From IMG/VR virus record IMGVR_UViG_3300014204_000013, positions 1 through 64,000 of that record: a stretch of 64,000 nt of DNA. The stretch is one strand, 5' to 3'. The notes below the pieces were generated by a model, which was not told the origin of the DNA, did not search any database, and was given only the letters and a program-made list of their open reading frames with translations. This document shows, in pieces, positions 1-8,772 of the stretch. The stretch comes from a virus. Lineage: Duplodnaviria > Caudoviricetes. The translations under genes were made by a program, and so were the position numbers. Positions within the stretch are counted from its first letter, which is position 1. Every line of letters begins with the position of its first letter.

Positions 1-20
1 ATGATATATACTATATGGTA

Positions 21-520
21 CCAAAATAATTGATGCATATAAGTCAATGACCACATATAGCCATTAATCCGCCCAAATAAGCATTAAGTCCCATATCGGA
101 GCATTTGGGCCGATAAGAATCAATCTATAACCAAATAGAACCGTTAATGGACTAATATATGATTAATAGAGTTAAGATAGACATTAATGGACAAATTAGG
201 ACATTGATAGACGAATAGATACATTGATGTTAAGCCTAATTTCGATATGGGCGAGGCGAGATTAAGATAATGCGATATGGGCCGGTATATCTGTTTAGAC
301 TGATATGAGTTTCACATGACCCTTATATCAGCACAATTGGACAGAATAAGGCAGTAATGGACAAATATGGACATCGGAACCTGGGATTTGACAGAATTGC
401 CGGTATAAGGGCATCAATGGCCAAATATGGGCATCGGTAGTGCAAAACTCCCCCTAAACCCCACATATGATCAGCAATGATCAATACTATGCAATAATGT
501 ATAGATATAGACAATAAAAT
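21..520. repeat. Degenerate tandem repeat with an exact 10-bp period (unit about VCAWWWATGG) and a 60-bp higher-order repeat
   Basis: In-phase 10-nt blocks acattaatgg(181), acaaattagg(191), acattgatag(201), gcagtaatgg(351), acaaatatgg(361), gcatcaatgg(411), ccaaatatgg(421). 355-377 taatggacaaatatggacatcgg recurs at 415-437 as caatggccaaatatgggcatcgg. Confidence 0.7.
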
Positions 521-644
521 AAAAAAGCAGGCCGAATAAGGCGCTTTAGCGCCGTAAAACCATAGCACTCCAAACACAATGCCATGGGACCCCAGGGAAG
601 GAAACCCAACCTTCCCAGGTCGAACGAAACCTCAACCATCCCAG

Positions 645-755
645 TCACCATCAACCACCATCCAACCATCTAAACCATATCTAACCACCTACCCACTACA
701 ATTTAACCACCAACACTAAAACCATATATATCTACATCATCTCAACTCTATAATA
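645..755. other. 111-nt tract with no G on the + strand, rich in AACCA
   Basis: No G between g644 and g756; repeated aacca(t/c) motifs. Confidence 0.8.
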
Positions 756-952
756 GAAAATCGAATTAATTTAATCAAATTCAAAACATTTTAAAATATA
801 TTTTTTAACATTAAAAAATCTCCATACGTTTCAACCAACATCGAAAAGAAGACATCAAAACCCATTCATATACCATAAATCAATATCAACAAACACAATT
901 CATCTAACTAATCAAACTACATACAATCACCCATCCAAAAAAAGATAAAATA

Positions 953-1447
953 TTAGTTACCCGTTGCACTCCCACTATAATTAACCCCAACAGGTACAAG
1001 TTTACTGGGATTGCATTTATATTCAGACATTTCCTTTATCCTCGCAATATTTTGATTAATCTGTTCTATATCTGACTTATACTTAGCTTCCTTAATAGTT
1101 TTCTGCGTCTCCTGATTCTTAATACTTTCAGCATACTTCTTACACTCATTTTCTGAAATACCCTCACACACAGTACTGGAATTTCCCGTAACCGGATCAT
1201 ACGTAATCTTGCATGTAGAAATCGGAGGAAGCCCAGGAGACACAAAAACTTCTTCAATAACACCCTCAACACACTTTCCCGTCTTCGCTCTAATCATACC
1301 GCTCGGGCAATTCAAATTATAATCAGGAGCGCACGCATTCACCTGATAAGATTCCCCCGGAGGACACGTTACCGGATTACTTACCGGCGAAACCTTACCA
1401 GAAAGCGATGTAGGCCTCTGAACTCTTCTACCAGACAATGATGCCAT
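953..1447 (-). CDS. Cysteine-rich (CPxG-repeat) protein, paralog of 50483..50911
   Basis: Probable start MASLSGRRV (ATG 1447; track starts at 1504). TCPPGESYQ..CAPDYNLNCP is shared with the 50.5 kb ORF. Confidence 0.75.
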   Translation of the reverse strand: MASLSGRRVQRPTSLSGKVSPVSNPVTCPPGESYQVNACAPDYNLNCPSGMIRAKTGKCVEGVIEEVFVSPGLPPISTCKITYDPVTGNSSTVCEGISENECKKYAESIKNQETQKTIKEAKYKSDIEQINQNIARIKEMSEYKCNPSKLVPVGVNYSGSATGN

Positions 1448-1487
1448 ATCAATTACATAATCCCTATACAAATAAATAGTTATCTCA

Positions 1488-1688
1488 CTATTTCCAAAAA
1501 TCACCCATCCCCTCTACCTTTTCAACCTCCTCTTCCACCTTTTTCCCTCCAATCACTTCCACAACAATCGGAAAAGATTTAGCTGCCACAAAACAAGCCC
1601 TCTCATAATTCTCAGCCAACACCGTACCCCTCATCACCTGGCCACCCATACATGTCCTATATAACACCTTAAAATGCAATCTCTTCAT
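1488..1688 (-). CDS. Small hypothetical protein (MKRLHFKVLY...)
   Basis: Track ORF 1488..1703. ATG at 1688 overlaps the upstream stop as ATGA. Confidence 0.6.
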   Translation of the reverse strand: MKRLHFKVLYRTCMGGQVMRGTVLAENYERACFVAAKSFPIVVEVIGGKKVEEEVEKVEGMGDFWK

Positions 1689-1855
1689 TTTAGATCCAGG
1701 CATGGCTTCACACCCATCCTTTCCACAAAATAGACATGCACATGCTTCTCACTGGCCTTCCTCATAGCATCATCGCAACTATTCGCCACAACCCGATCCT
1801 CTAACATCTTAGTCCTATCAGCAGACTCGAAATAAACCACTTTCCATTCCGACAT
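1685..1855 (-). CDS. Small hypothetical protein, 56 aa (MSEWKVVYFESADRTKMLEDRVVANSCDDAMRKA...)
   Basis: Translated by hand. GAGGT RBS upstream, ATGA coupling downstream, weak similarity to the neighbouring ORF. Confidence 0.6.
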   Translation of the reverse strand: MSEWKVVYFESADRTKMLEDRVVANSCDDAMRKASEKHVHVYFVERMGVKPCLDLK

Positions 1856-1862
1856 CAAAACC

Positions 1863-2024
1863 TCAAACCTTTTTTGTCCAATTTATCTTGCCCAATCCAA
1901 CCTTTTTACTAATTTGTCTTCCTCTTGGATTCAAAGGTGCTCCCGTTAAACATTTAAATTTCTCAGTCAGTGCACCTGCTAACATAAACGTCTTATCCCC
2001 TATCTTATATCGTTTATTTGTCAT
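1863..2024 (-). CDS. Small basic protein, 53 aa (MTNKRYKIGDKTF...)
   Basis: Translated by hand. GGAGG RBS upstream; same strand as the operon. Confidence 0.6.
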   Translation of the reverse strand: MTNKRYKIGDKTFMLAGALTEKFKCLTGAPLNPRGRQISKKVGLGKINWTKKV

Positions 2025-2149
2025 TCAAAACCTCCAAATCACTTTCGATATATCAACGTCAACACCTTACAAATCCTAGCCAACTGCAGCCCAATATTAA
2101 TCAAGCACACTGCCACTATTATCGTAGCAAAATATAAATCCCAGTTCAT

Positions 2150-2596
2150 TCACTCCACCCATGCCCCAATATACCTCAAATATCTCTGCAATTCCGTCAC
2201 CGATAACCCACTCATCTTAACCAAAGCCACCCACAACGCCTGATCATCCATCTCGGAGATCTGCGGATCTCCTAACTCGCAATAATTCCATTCACCTACC
2301 AGAAACGGCACAAGCCTACAGACCAACGGCCTATCATGATAAATACTGCACCTACCCTTGTAAAATTTACACGGTTGTACATTATTCAACATAAACCGCC
2401 GTCCACCCATCGGATGCTCAGCGCAGTTATCAAATGTCGCTTTTGTAGCATTGCAGTGAAAATGATGCATCAGTCGATTAATATCCTCCGGATAGATGTC
2501 AATTATTTTCGATTTACTGCAACAATCTCCACATCTACTGCACTTAAAAAGGACCTGTTTAATGGCCCTTTCCTTCCAGCCAGGTTACCAGGTCAT
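2150..2596 (-). pseudogene. YkgJ-family (Fe-S/Zn cysteine cluster) protein with an in-frame TAA at codon 4
   Basis: Frame reads M-T-W-*-PGWKERAIKQVLFKCSRCGDCC...PCKFY..RCSIYHDRPLVCRLVPF. The track ORF 2150..2470 lacks the CxxCGxCC motif. Confidence 0.65.
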
Positions 2597-2823
2597 ACCC
2601 ACCGACCCAACCAAAATCCCAGTACCGCAGCCGTTACTAACCAATAAATTATAACATCACAGTGTAAACGAATAACAACCAACGCCATATCATTAAAACT
2701 AGGACGATATATTACCCCATCTTTCATATATACACAATTAATTTTGCGTGTATCAATATTAACCGATTCAACCACCATCTCAAGTCCACCCGACTTGAGC
2801 TTAACCACATCTCCAGCTAACAT
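2593..2823 (-). CDS. DUF2158/YodC-like small protein
   Basis: GDVVKLKSGGLEMVV motif. Confidence 0.7.
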   Translation of the reverse strand: MLAGDVVKLKSGGLEMVVESVNIDTRKINCVYMKDGVIYRPSFNDMALVVIRLHCDVIIYWLVTAAVLGFWLGRWV

Positions 2824-2990
2824 TTAGTATCCTCGAACATACCTATATTGTCCAAATGTGATACAACCAGTACCCCAAGCAGCAAAAATCCAACCAGTGC
2901 ATAATACCCAAACTGAAACCCAATCAACCCCATTGCTACTAAAAATCCAAACTTTCCCCACGCAAAAACCCTACCATCCATCATGCTCAT
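2817..2990 (-). CDS. Small membrane protein with two hydrophobic segments, 57 aa
   Basis: Translated by hand: MSMMDGRVFAWGKFGFLVAMGLIGFQFGYYALVGFLLLGVLVVSHL...; ATGA coupling. Confidence 0.55.
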   Translation of the reverse strand: MSMMDGRVFAWGKFGFLVAMGLIGFQFGYYALVGFLLLGVLVVSHLDNIGMFEDTKC

Positions 2991-3421
2991 AGCTTCAAAA
3001 CCTCCTCTTCATCCTCAACCACCTTAGCCGGACTAAAATATCGTTCCACAAATCCCGAAAACTGCTTCTTAACAAATGTCTTTCCTCCTCGAACCGTAAC
3101 CTTCTGCTGAGCACTAATAACCGGGTACAACACCCACTGGCCACTGGATCTCACTCTCCTTTCCTGCTCATCTATGATCCCATTTCCACATTTGATTCTT
3201 ACTGTGTGTGTTTTTACCGATGGACAAACTTGTACATCGCCCACCAGATGCTTCATGTGCTCGGGCATTACACCCAGCTCTGCATAATCTCCAGCTCCCT
3301 GAGCCTGATCATTCTGCAGATTCACCATAACCATACTCAGTAGAGGAAAATCGTACACCTCCAGTTTTCCGGACATTTCGCCGGGTCTTGCCAGATGTTC
3401 CATCGCTGCAGGTATCTTCAT
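2987..3421 (-). CDS. Hypothetical protein
   Basis: 144-aa ORF, coupled to both neighbours. Confidence 0.65.
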   Translation of the reverse strand: MKIPAAMEHLARPGEMSGKLEVYDFPLLSMVMVNLQNDQAQGAGDYAELGVMPEHMKHLVGDVQVCPSVKTHTVRIKCGNGIIDEQERRVRSSGQWVLYPVISAQQKVTVRGGKTFVKKQFSGFVERYFSPAKVVEDEEEVLKL

Positions 3422-3873
3422 ATTTCCACCTTTTTTTCTGGAGTTGTAGATCTTTCACTCGTTTTCTGGTCATCTGAATCATCCTGTAGAATTTCTATCG
3501 CAGATTTAATCAATTCTATTTGTTTATGAGCTTTATTTGCAGAACTCACATAATTACTTAATGAAAAACTACTATCTCTTCGCTCATAAGAAGGCCATCC
3601 TGTAGACAATTTAAGCATCTGTTCTTCATAATATTCCATATCCTTTAACGACAATTTAAGTAGCTCAATTGGAGTTAATAAATTGGCATAACGTTTAACT
3701 GCCATGACACCTGCAGCTCCACCCATGACATCAATTATTTCATTTTGGATCATTTGGTTATCTTCGTCATGGTACTTACATAATTGCTTAATATACTGAA
3801 CCACATTTTCCTGTGATATTAACTCTTTCACAACAATGGATTCTTTAAATAAATTCCTTAATGGTTTAAACAT
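3418..3873 (-). CDS. Hypothetical helical protein
   Basis: 151-aa ORF in operon. Confidence 0.65.
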   Translation of the reverse strand: MFKPLRNLFKESIVVKELISQENVVQYIKQLCKYHDEDNQMIQNEIIDVMGGAAGVMAVKRYANLLTPIELLKLSLKDMEYYEEQMLKLSTGWPSYERRDSSFSLSNYVSSANKAHKQIELIKSAIEILQDDSDDQKTSERSTTPEKKVEI

Positions 3874-3890
3874 AGTAGGCCTACCACAAT

Positions 3891-4073
3891 TTACACTGTT
3901 TTCATTTTCACAATTTCTGAAATACGATATGCTGCTACCCCTTCATACGTATCCACTATAAAGAAATCTGGATTATCACTAGATGTAAGATTTTTAATCA
4001 CCCTAAACATATCTGATTCCGTGTAACCATTAATTTTAACTATTTCATTGTTACGCATAGTAATTTCAATCAT
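3891..4073 (-). CDS. Small beta-rich (Sm/SH3-like) hypothetical protein
   Basis: MIEITMRNNEIVKI...YRISEIVKMKTV; GAGGGGT RBS before ATG 4073. Confidence 0.55.
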   Translation of the reverse strand: MIEITMRNNEIVKINGYTESDMFRVIKNLTSSDNPDFFIVDTYEGVAAYRISEIVKMKTV

Positions 4074-4887
4074 AAATACCCCTCTTTTCTTCATCTTCTA
4101 TTTTAATATGTTTTCCAGACATAAGCAACCTTCCGGTTTCGATAGTCATAGACGAGTATCCTAAATACTCATACAGCTTAAACCCAAATTCCATCAACTG
4201 CTCCTGACTAACCACCCCGTCACCCATTCCACGACCAATTGAAATCCTCACCGGAAAACCCCTCAAGGCACCCAGGCTCTCGACATCAAAATTGGAATCT
4301 GGAAAGAGCACGATTCTGATCTCATCTCGCACAGGATCCATTCTGGCCAGGTTAGACATGAGACTATCAAATGACCCAGGAAAGCCGGTGTACGAGTCAT
4401 ATACGCCCCTTTCTAGGGAAGTTTTGATGTCCAAGAATACTGCATCAAATCCGGGAACTAAAGGGAAACATCCAGACGTTTCAACTGCCACTTTCCTGGA
4501 TAATTCGTGACAATATTGAATAATATCTCTACATGTATCAGGTTGAGCTAATGGTTCTCCTCCAGAAATCACTACATGATTCACTAGTGATCCACAATAC
4601 CGAATATCACTTACTACATCGTTTAATTCAACCAGGTTCTGAGAATTACGAATTTGAGCATTGTGGCATCTTGGGCACTTCATCGGACAGCCGTTCAAAA
4701 AGATAACGTAGGCTGCATGGCCGAACCAGTCTATGGTGCTCAGTTCTACTCTGCCGGCGTAGTTGATCATCATCGATAAAACCAACCTGGTATTCTTGGC
4801 CATGGCTGACCACAATGTACTATTGTCCATACTCGTAATTTCAATTTCAACATTCTTACATGTCCCTGAAATCTCAAATATGAACAA
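4066..4887 (-). CDS. nrdG: Anaerobic ribonucleotide reductase activating radical SAM enzyme (NrdG-like)
   Basis: STIDW.G....VIFLNGCPMKCPRCHN (CxxxCxxC), VISGGEPL, VETSG. The real start is probably ATG 4773 (MMINYAGRVEL). Confidence 0.8.
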   Translation of the reverse strand: MFIFEISGTCKNVEIEITSMDNSTLWSAMAKNTRLVLSMMINYAGRVELSTIDWFGHAAYVIFLNGCPMKCPRCHNAQIRNSQNLVELNDVVSDIRYCGSLVNHVVISGGEPLAQPDTCRDIIQYCHELSRKVAVETSGCFPLVPGFDAVFLDIKTSLERGVYDSYTGFPGSFDSLMSNLARMDPVRDEIRIVLFPDSNFDVESLGALRGFPVRISIGRGMGDGVVSQEQLMEFGFKLYEYLGYSSMTIETGRLLMSGKHIKIEDEEKRGIYD

Positions 4888-4912
4888 ACAAGACTTATAA
4901 CCATCTTTTCTT

Positions 4913-5056
4913 TCATTTCAACATCTCCAGAAGCTCTTTCACTACATCCATGCCTTTGTGATCTTTCAGGCCTCGAACTGTGGCAATGGCCAGGACGGAT
5001 TCAATTAGGCCGTAGAGAAAGCCATGCTGGGTATCGGTTAGGGTAATCGTTTTCAT
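4913..5056 (-). CDS. 47-aa protein MKTITLTDTQHGFL...ELLEMLK, paralog of 5229..5369
   Basis: Translated by hand. The DNA agaaagccatgctgggtatcggtta(g/a)ggtaatcgttttcat is duplicated. Confidence 0.7.
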   Translation of the reverse strand: MKTITLTDTQHGFLYGLIESVLAIATVRGLKDHKGMDVVKELLEMLK

Positions 5057-5232
5057 AATATCTCATCAGTTCTGACTTCTCGAACACTTCGAACTGGGAT
5101 ATGGACATATCTAAATCGATGATCGGGACCTTTATCTAACCACAACCAGTCGGGGCCTATTCTGGGATTTTCTACAGGGTTTACTGGGTATCTTTTCTTA
5201 TACCCGTCATGCCAACGTATTTCAACATTCAT
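5053..5232 (-). CDS. 59-aa protein MNVEIRWHDGY...IPVRSVR, paralog of 15339..15506
   Basis: Translated by hand; ATGA overlaps on both sides. Confidence 0.7.
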   Translation of the reverse strand: MNVEIRWHDGYKKRYPVNPVENPRIGPDWLWLDKGPDHRFRYVHIPVRSVREVRTDEIL

Positions 5233-5369
5233 TTCAACATCTCCAGTAACTCATCTAGTTTTATAGTAGATTCGTTGCTTATGCCGTTTACTGTGGATGC
5301 TCGTTTTACACTTTTTAGTAACTCAGCTAGAAAGCCATGCTGGGTATCGGTTAAGGTAATCGTTTTCAT
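5229..5369 (-). CDS. 46-aa protein MKTITLTDTQHGFL...ELLEMLK
   Basis: C-terminal part of track ORF 5229..5426; paralog of 4913..5056. Confidence 0.7.
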   Translation of the reverse strand: MKTITLTDTQHGFLAELLKSVKRASTVNGISNESTIKLDELLEMLK

Positions 5370-5536
5370 TTGGACATCATTTCCAAAACTTGCGGGCATC
5401 CCAAAGCTTTTAAAACCAAGGCGCATAACGCATATTCACCGAAATATGGATGTTTGCATATCATCATATTTTGATGAATATCCAATCTAGCAAATGGACA
5501 AACAATTTCGCCTTTATGATTCTCGACCAATTTCAA
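5366..5536 (-). CDS. Small Cys-containing protein, 56 aa, TTG start
   Basis: GGAGGAG RBS; MKLVENHKGEIVCPFARL...CKHPYFGEYALC..GCP; ATGA coupling. Confidence 0.45.
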   Translation of the reverse strand: MKLVENHKGEIVCPFARLDIHQNMMICKHPYFGEYALCALVLKALGCPQVLEMMSK

Positions 5537-5666
5537 TCTCCTCCCTGGATACCATGCCCATAATATCGCCGCGACGGGTCAGCCAGCCTACGACCTCGGG
5601 CGGTAGGATCTCTCCGACGATGAGTTCAATAGAAACGGGCTTGATTACTTTAGCAGATAATCCCAT
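5514..5666 (-). CDS. 50-aa hypothetical protein, first gene of the leftward small-gene operon
   Basis: MGLSAKVIKPVSIELIVGEILPPEVVGWL...; AAACTTTAAATAAG promoter about 23 nt upstream (leaderless). Confidence 0.55.
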   Translation of the reverse strand: MGLSAKVIKPVSIELIVGEILPPEVVGWLTRRGDIMGMVSREEIEIGRES

Positions 5667-5767
5667 GGCAGTAACGTGGGCTTATACTTATTTAAAGTTT
5701 GTGATACGATACTAAATTGAATACAGACGATATTTATAAATACATTTAATAATGATTTATCATTTCA

Positions 5768-6304
5768 ATGACTCAAGAAGATGAACTGGCCACCTTTGAT
5801 AATAAGGCAGTGTTGAAAATGTTCGAAACGTTGGATAGAAAACTAACATCACTCGACAGCAAAGTAGATAGTTTATCGACAAATATGGTTGGATGGGAAC
5901 GATGCCAAGATGGAAGGGCTAAATGTATAGCAGAAAATGGAAATAATTTTAAAGAGATATTCAAAAGACTAATTCCAATTGAAGCAACATGTAGTACATT
6001 TTCTGCTTTACAACCTGTAATTCCAAGTGAAGCCGATGTAATGAAATGTAGTGCAGATGCATTAAAAACAGCACGCGACGAAGATAAGAATCTTCAAGCA
6101 GGTATTGATAGTATAAATAAAAAATTAGCGTTCCTTGATAGTGCTTATTGGTCAGGATGTAAAATAAAGTCGTTGTTTAAAAATAATAAAGAATTTAGAA
6201 TTGTATGCTATGGAATAATTTTGCTGTATATGGAAAATAGCTTTTCACTTGTCGGTATTGTGTTGGGACGAATAAAAGATTTTTATTTATGTAATTTACA
6301 GTAA
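5768..6304 (+). CDS. Coiled-coil protein with a hydrophobic C-terminus
   Basis: Heptad pattern LDRKLTSLDSKVDSL; C-terminal IVCYGIILL...LVGIVLG. Confidence 0.6.
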   Translation: MTQEDELATFDNKAVLKMFETLDRKLTSLDSKVDSLSTNMVGWERCQDGRAKCIAENGNNFKEIFKRLIPIEATCSTFSALQPVIPSEADVMKCSADALKTARDEDKNLQAGIDSINKKLAFLDSAYWSGCKIKSLFKNNKEFRIVCYGIILLYMENSFSLVGIVLGRIKDFYLCNLQ

Positions 6305-6337
6305 GGTTTTTATAGGTTAACGTCTTTCATATTTTTT

Positions 6338-7033
6338 ATGTCAGAACCCGTTGTTATTGATATAGAGACTATACCTGCAGAGAAATCGCAGATAGATCTT
6401 TATAAGTCAATTAAATGTAAGCGGTGCGAGCATAACCCCGAGCTACACCCCAAACAGAAAAAGGATTATTGTGGTGAGTGTGATGAAGATGCAGCCCTTA
6501 GATGGCCAACCGCACAGACTATTTGCATTACAGCAAAGGTTGTGGATGGAGAGACTTTCTGTTTCTGTGATAAAAATGAATTCGAAGTTCTCAGCCAGGC
6601 CTATGATGTTTTGGCAGAATTGAACCCTAGACCCTGGATTGGATTTAATGTGAAGGAGTTCGATATTGTGCATCTGGTCATGCGCGGGCTGATCAACCAG
6701 GTGCCAATGATTAATATCCTACCCACCGCAAAGTATGATAAGAACGTAGTGGACCTATATGACCGTCTGGTGGGTGGTAAGTGGAACAAGCAACAAAGTG
6801 CCACGCTGGAGATGTTCTGTGCCATGTTGGGCTTTAAAGAGCTGTTGTACGGCAATGGTGGACAGGTTGGTACTTGGTATTTGAATAATCAGTTGGATGA
6901 GATTAAGAGGCATAATATCGGAGATGTGTTGGCCACGGAACAGCTTTATTTGCATGTGGAAAATGTTGGAAATAAATACAGAAATATGAAAATGGCAGAA
7001 AAAGAAGATGAGGAAGAGTTAATTCAGATTTAA
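6338..7033 (+). CDS. DnaQ/PolB-type 3'-5' exonuclease (DEDD)
   Basis: ExoI VIDIET, ExoII WIGFNVKEFDI, ExoIII HNIGDV. Confidence 0.8.
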   Translation: MSEPVVIDIETIPAEKSQIDLYKSIKCKRCEHNPELHPKQKKDYCGECDEDAALRWPTAQTICITAKVVDGETFCFCDKNEFEVLSQAYDVLAELNPRPWIGFNVKEFDIVHLVMRGLINQVPMINILPTAKYDKNVVDLYDRLVGGKWNKQQSATLEMFCAMLGFKELLYGNGGQVGTWYLNNQLDEIKRHNIGDVLATEQLYLHVENVGNKYRNMKMAEKEDEEELIQI

Positions 7034-7036
7034 CTT

Positions 7037-7660
7037 TTATTTTTTGTTAAACCCCCATGGGGGAGTCCATTTGGCAGGTGCTTCTTTAACACCCTTAGAC
7101 TGTGTTACTACGGCATTAATTGGTCCTGAATTTTTTAAAGCTGAAATGGTAGGTACTGACTTAGTAGTTAATTTTATGTCAGAACCAACTTGCCATTTAT
7201 TTGTATTAGATAATCCTTTTTTTAATTTTTCATCTGAGTTTAGTGGAGTACCACCGAGCTTCGGCACAGGCCCTTTCCAGTTTCCAGACGAAGACGATCC
7301 TCCAGATCCACTTGAACTACTTGATTTTTTAGAGGATACTACTGGGAATTTTGCAGGGGTGATTGTTAATGGTTTTATGTCCCATACACCGGGTTTTTTG
7401 CTAACTGGTTTTGGATCCACGGTTTTAAATTTAAGAATTTTCGTAGGCATCGGTGAGGCTTTTGTAGCAGGTTTCTGGGATGAAAAAGAACTACTCCCAA
7501 CCCCAATGATAAGGGAAGATCCTTTGTACGTGCCTTTTTTAAGACTGGACTTTGGAGGAGTTGCTGTCATTATACTAGGTCCCGTTTTACCTGATACGGA
7601 AAAAGATGATTTTCCTGTAGAAAGTTGACGGGTATTAATGGAACTTAGTTTAATTACCAT
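7037..7660 (-). CDS. Basic Ser/Lys/Pro/Thr-rich low-complexity protein (MVIKL start)
   Basis: Composition; N-terminus resembles MVIQL of 19412..21073 and 31054..39642. Confidence 0.65.
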   Translation of the reverse strand: MVIKLSSINTRQLSTGKSSFSVSGKTGPSIMTATPPKSSLKKGTYKGSSLIIGVGSSSFSSQKPATKASPMPTKILKFKTVDPKPVSKKPGVWDIKPLTITPAKFPVVSSKKSSSSSGSGGSSSSGNWKGPVPKLGGTPLNSDEKLKKGLSNTNKWQVGSDIKLTTKSVPTISALKNSGPINAVVTQSKGVKEAPAKWTPPWGFNKK

Positions 7661-7710
7661 AGACCGAATGTGAGGTATGAGATAATAAAACTTTGGGTTA
7701 TAAAAATAGA

Positions 7711-8067
7711 TTAGACTGGTGTAACCTTATATTGGGTTACATCCAGTTCAACGGTTATTGGATAATCTATAACACGTACTGGAATGTGCATTTCAGACGC
7801 ACGCTTAATTTGTAGTCGTACTGATACGCACTCACCGGGTTCAACTACCGTAGTTGGATACCCATCAACTACAATTTCAATATTAGATAACATACCCAGT
7901 TTATCACCCAGTACTTTAAACTTATTTACAACCAATAGCTCATTTTTATCACAGGTATATGGTCTGGGGATGCCATTAAGCGTAAATGCTTCATCATCAC
8001 CAGATTGTACTTGTGCTCCGTTGGTGCTGGGTGTTTTATCAAAATCGAATTGAGCAATCAGTTTCAT
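7711..8067 (-). CDS. Small all-beta protein (possible single jelly-roll)
   Basis: Alternating hydrophobic strands; no family motif. Confidence 0.5.
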   Translation of the reverse strand: MKLIAQFDFDKTPSTNGAQVQSGDDEAFTLNGIPRPYTCDKNELLVVNKFKVLGDKLGMLSNIEIVVDGYPTTVVEPGECVSVRLQIKRASEMHIPVRVIDYPITVELDVTQYKVTPV

Positions 8068-8336
8068 TTAGAAACCCCGATCTCAACCACATCTCCATTT
8101 TTATCTCGTCTGATACCCTGAACATTGGCTACTTGAATCTTAATTTTCATCTGCTCTGCTAATGTATAAAATGACTTAGATAGAGTCTTGTTAGCAGACT
8201 GATTGACTTGAATTGTTTTGATTCCGGCAGCCGAAATCTTCAGAATATCACTCATGCTGGGCCTAAACCCTAAGATTACTGCCTTGGTTTTAACAGTTGG
8301 CAGCTCCGCAATTGAACTTATGATCGTAGCTTTCAT
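8064..8336 (-). CDS. Hypothetical protein
   Basis: 90-aa ORF with TTTATATA promoter about 25 nt upstream. Confidence 0.6.
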   Translation of the reverse strand: MKATIISSIAELPTVKTKAVILGFRPSMSDILKISAAGIKTIQVNQSANKTLSKSFYTLAEQMKIKIQVANVQGIRRDKNGDVVEIGVSK

Positions 8337-8397
8337 CTTAACTAAGTTAGAAACTTAACTTATATAAAGATTTCCGTAAAATGTTATATATTGAATA

Positions 8398-8740
8398 TGG
8401 GAACGGATGGGAACGGTAGTGGGAACTATGATACAGTAGATACTATGGATATATATATATGGTTTATTGATAACGATCTCTCTCTCTCTCTCTCTCTATA
8501 CGTTGCTATCGATTTTGTCTTGGTGTACCCACTGTACCCACTGTTCCCATGCAATATATGCAAAACATTTTAGAATTGAACTTTTAAAGTTTAATTGTCT
8601 TACCATGCTACAACTAAAATGCTTTAAAATTTCAAAAGGAGGGTTTTAAATGATTTGCATACTCAAATTTAGGGTACACGCCAAAAATGGGTACAACAAG
8701 GGAACTAGATATTGGTTTTAGGCGTTCCCCGGCTGTACCA
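8398..8740. repeat. Origin-like array of GGG(A/T)AC iterons in inverted clusters around (AT)n and (TC)10 tracts
   Basis: TGGGAAC at 8398, 8408, 8420. Inverted GT(A/T)CCCA at 8525, 8534, 8543. Forward copies at 8671, 8688, 8699, inverted at 8724 and a degenerate copy at 8735. (TC)10 at 8477-8496. Confidence 0.7.
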
Positions 8741-8772
8741 ACCATTTTTTAGGTTGTCTACGCATTGCGATT

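Noticed and set aside
323-669. Track ORFs 323..577 and 487..669
   Set aside because: They are translations of the 10/60-bp repeat and the G-free tract, with no promoter or RBS support.
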